Position numbers and translations under genes: made by a program
The notes under the pieces: model-generated
The model's input: only the letters and a program-made list of their open reading frames with translations
Told to the model about the DNA's origin: nothing
Database searches by the model: none
From: Lama guanicoe
Lineage: Eukaryota
Length of the DNA: 64,000 bases
Direction: 5' to 3'
Assembly: GCA_013239625.1 (NCBI GenBank)
Contig: MU053933.1
Span: forward strand, 1,552,001-1,616,000
In this document: positions 60,093 through 64,000 of the stretch, piece by piece
Numbering within the stretch: position 1 is the stretch's first letter
Layout: each line of letters starts with the position of its first letter

Positions 60093-60651
60093 TGTTACCT
60101 GAAACTCTGTTTGCCTCTGGATGGGTGTCGAGCCAAAAGACACAGCGAAGCCAAAGGGCGGGAGGAGGAAGGATGTATTACTTGCACCAAGTAAGAAGAA
60201 CACTGGGGATCTTTCCCAAAGCAGGGTCTCCCCAACAGCAAAACCGGGGAAGTTTAAGCTAAGGGCACATGCATATTCATGTAGGGCAGTTGGCAGAGTC
60301 CAGGCTTTAGTGGGTTGAAGTCAAGGGTCGGGAAAGGTCAACATCTTCATCCCTTGGGTTCCAGCTGATCTGGTGGTTGAGCTTCAGGCTAACCTGGACC
60401 CACTGAAACAGATCTGGGACTCTTTACAGCTGATGTGTCATCTTTGCTGTTGTTTCTTCTCTTGCCTGATAACAGTCCTTGTTTCTGCATTCTTTTGTCC
60501 CGTTAAGATCATGAATTACTGAGACCTGTTCCAGAACGAGCACTGTGACCAGGCTCAGATCACAAACGGCTTAGGCTAAAAACGGCTTCTCTTGTGTCAG
60601 GAAGAGCTCGCCTGGTTCTCTTTGTTGGGACCCCCATCCTGTCTGCTTACA
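60093..60651 (-). mobile_element. ERV1-type solo LTR, same family as 61159-63004 but inverted
   Basis: TG...CA termini, near-TSD gcac/gcat; reverse complement aligns to both ends of the 61159-63004 element. Confidence 0.8.
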
Positions 60652-60917
60652 GCATGCCCCCACCTCTTAGGAACTGTGAGTGACAAGCTGTCTTTACTGG
60701 CAGGCATCTCCTGATCTGTTTGTTGACCTCACCATATCTGAATAATAATACAAGCTGAATTTTTAAACACTTAGCTAAACGTCTCAGCCAAAGAAGACCA
60801 GCCACCAGCAGGGCAGGAAGTGGCCCTGTGGAATGTGTTATAGTTCACTAGGTGGTGTGGTCTGAAAATCGTGACAGGGCTTTGAAGACATGCATAGCCC
60901 ATAAGGCAAAGGGATTT

Positions 60918-63140
60918 TCTCAGTCTGCTGGGGCTGTTGTCACAGAAGACCACATGCTGGGCAGTGTCACAGACACATCTCCCAGTTCTGGAGGCTGGAA
61001 GTGGGACTCAAGGTGCCACTGGCTCGGTTCCTGGTGAGGTCCCTCTTCCTGCCTTGCAGACAGCCACCTGCTCACTGTGTCGTCACGTGGCCTGTCCTCA
61101 GTGCTTGCACACACAGACAGAGTGAGCTTTCTGGGTTTTTTTCTCCTCAGGACACTAATGTAAGCAGATGGGGTCAGGGTCCCCAGAGAAGGAGAACCAG
61201 GCATGTCTTTCCTGACACAAGAGAAGCCATTTTTGGCCTAAGTCATTTGTGACCCGAGCCTGGTCACAGTACTCTTCCCGGAACAGGTCTCAGTAATTCA
61301 TGATCTTAGGGGGAGTGAGGGGGTGCAGGAACAAAGGAGAAGCAGTCAAGAAACAGTAGTTCAGTGACAAAACGGGGTCCTAGCTCCTCCGGGGATGTAC
61401 GTAACATCTAACAAATGTCCTTGAGTCTGTGGGAACCAAGGCCCCACTCACCTTTCCGAGGAGGATGATGGTGCTGACGTGCATGACTTCACTCTGTCTG
61501 CTGCCTGGGCCCCTTCATGAATACGCAGGGACCCTTAGCTTAAAACTTTCCCAGTTTTGCCATTCGAGGAGATACTCGTCAAATAAAATTCATGTTTCAT
61601 GGCAAGACAAGAAAATTTGATTTTTTAATTCTTTTTTACAACTATTATCCCCTTGCATGCATGTATATGTGCTTATATAATATATATGTATGTCTGTGTG
61701 TCTCACGTCTTTCTTTCCCTGTTATGCCTGGGGAGCCTCCCCAGGCAGAGCTGTGCTCCTGTCCTAATTCCTGCAGGGGCTCCCCAGCCTCACTTTTCAT
61801 GATTTTTTTCTTACTTTATTACAAATGTTGTTTTTACTTTATTATTTTTCGGGGGGGAGGTAGTTAGGTTTATTTACTTATTTTATTTTTTTAATAGCAG
61901 TACTGGGGATTGAACCCAGGACCTTGTGCCTGCTAAGCACGCGCTCTACCCCTGAGCATGCCCTCCCCCAAGACAAGAAGAACGTAAACACAAGTTCTTC
62001 TCTGCCCTTTGGTCTCCTCTCTCCCCACATGTGGATTTGTTATGGAACTTGTGTTCCTGTGCCAGATGCACAGTGAGGCCCAACAAACTGAAAGGTCACA
62101 GTTTGGAGCAGAAAAAGGTTTATTGCGGGGCCAAGCAAGGAGAATGGTGGCTTGCGCCCCCCACCCCAAAAGCCCCCTGAACTCCAAGGGTCTCACTGAA
62201 GCATTTTTAAAGGCCATGTGAGGGGGTGCGCCCCAGGGTGTGGCATCAGCTCGTGCACAACCTCTGATAGGCTGATGCTGCAGGGTGATTAACATTATCA
62301 GGCCTTAGGCACCAGGAGGTCTGGGGGCCGCATGCTCATGGTCATCAAGTAGTTAACTTCTCGCATTTGACAGCGGCTTTAGCATCTGAAAAACTCAGGA
62401 AATATACATGAGATACTATTATCTGGATACTTCAGAGCGGCACTACAGCAGAGGATGGGGGGTGGTTTCTGCTCCAGGAAGGCCCCACAGGGTCCTGCTC
62501 AGGTACACACTGCGTGTCTGCATTGTGCATCAGCCAAACCTCCCCTACTGGTGGGAATATCTGCTCATCCATGAAGGGCAACATTCTCCCAGCACCAACA
62601 AGAAACTCCTTAAGAGATAGCATTCCTTCTCCATCTCATAAGGGGGTCACAAGACCCACCAGGATGCCGCTGAGATCTGTATTATGTAAACTGTCAATAA
62701 CATGTCATGTGTTCTGTCTCAAAAAACTAGTATCATTGTGCCTTGATTTCTAAAGGGCAGAGCAGTTCTCAGAGGTTTCTGAGATGCTCTTCCCAGTTTA
62801 TAACCCTCAAATTTGGCTCGAATAAAATTTTCCATTTCTTTATAAGGTTGACTGATTAATTTTTCCTCTACACACTGGTGAAGGAAAAACCAGTGTTCTC
62901 CCTACTTGCTGCAAGTAATAATAAATCCTTCCTTCTCTCAGTCTTTGGCTTGGTTGCTTTTGGCTTGACGTCCACCAAGAGGCATATCCAATTTTCAGAT
63001 AGCACTAATCCTATCAAATCAGAACCCCACCCTTAGAACCTCATTTAACCTTAGTTACCTCCTAAAGGCCCTGCCTCCAAATGTCATCACTTTGAGGGCT
63101 CAGGCTCCAACACGTGGATTTTGGGTGGACAAAATATTCA
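60918..63140 (-). mobile_element. MLT1-type LTR split into 60918-61158 and 63005-63140 by nested insertions
   Basis: Left half ends ...aggacactaa; right half resumes ctaatcctatc...cccacccttagaacctcatttaaccttagttacctcctaaaggccc. Confidence 0.8.
61159..63004 (+). mobile_element. ERV1-type LTR containing a nested LTR (61577-62872), which contains a SINE (61850-61968) and a third LTR (62038-62507, minus)
   Basis: TGTAAG...TAGCA termini with 4-bp TSD CTAA; nested pieces were resolved by alignment to the uninterrupted relatives at 60093-60651 and 47474-48027. Confidence 0.8.
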
Positions 63141-64000
63141 GGGAGAGGGAGGAACTGTAGATGACGGATCAGAGGAGGGGTGAGGTTGGCTGCTGAGAAA
63201 GGATTCCTCAGGCCCCCCTAGGAGCCAAGGGCAGCTGACCTCACAGAGCAGGAAGAAGGGGGCAGTAAGGACAGTGGCTAGTGCTGCTGGCCGCTGTGGA
63301 TTCCAGGGGCTCTCACCGGGCAACGCCGTCACCGACTCTGTAACCTCTGGTTTCTCTCCCTCAGTTTCCTCACCTGTGAAACAGGATGAATCTGCACGTG
63401 CAGGGTAGTCATGAAGACTACCTGTGTTAACTCGGGAAATATGCTCAGTGCACAGCAAGCACCTAAGTGTTAGCTGTTACTAACCAGCAGTTGATTATTA
63501 CTGACCCCGGCACTTCCTCTTTAAAATCTGGACAGTAGGCCCTGCCCTCTTCCTCACTGTCCCAGGCACTGCATCCGCCTTCTCACCAGGCTAGAGAGGT
63601 TTAAGCCAGCTCCCCTGGGCCACCAGAGTGACGGAAGTCACCATGTCTGCAGGGAGGAAACCCTGTGGGCAGCGGGGTGAGAGTGGGAGGTGAAGCGCAG
63701 GGTCGTGACCGCAAGGCTGGGCGCCACCCGATTGGGTTTGTTCTTGCCGCAGGTTCTGAACAAGGACCCTGGGCGGGGGGTGGTGGCACCCGGCCACGGG
63801 CTGGCCTGGAACACCCTGAGGCCTGACACGTGTAGGGGTTGGGGAACTGGGCGCCTGGAGGCCCCAAGAGTTTCCGGGCTCTGCGGAAGTGTCCACTCCC
63901 CAGGCCTCTGCGGGGGTAGGTCGAGTCCCCGCTGGCCTCGTGGCCCCGCATACCCTAGGCAGGGGTGCCCCCTGAGCAAGTGAGGCATGGATCTTTCGTC

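Overview
Mammalian genomic DNA, most likely camelid, judged from the many copies of a tRNA-derived SINE of the camelid type (GGGGAGGGTATAGCTCAG...). Two genes lie head-to-head across a CpG-island promoter at about 16.9-19.0 kb. On the minus strand is the 5' part of HSF2BP/MEILB2: three coding exons, with the gene running off the left edge. On the plus strand is the complete RRP1B gene: 16 coding exons at 18494-41231, all GT-AG, with phases adding up to 2241 nt (746 aa), followed by a ~2.5-3 kb 3'UTR. The rest is intronic or intergenic and rich in L1, L2, MER5, MLT1, ERV1-type solo LTRs and SINEs, with a four-layer nested LTR stack at 60.9-63.1 kb. I found no evidence of a new protein-coding system. 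The strongest unexplained signal is a set of sharply local AT->GC substitution hotspots. They have rewritten some SINE/L1 copies while sister copies stay near consensus. They appear to have built an orphan CpG island (~52 kb) partly from transposon remnants and coincide with Gly/Ala/Arg/Pro-directed changes in RRP1B, consistent with GC-biased gene conversion. Also notable are a 156-bp duplication at the RRP1B 3' end in which only one copy carries an ATTAAA, an overlapping uORF on RRP1B, and a SINE with an apparent 3' transduction. Repeat family names and comparisons with human proteins are from memory, not database searches.
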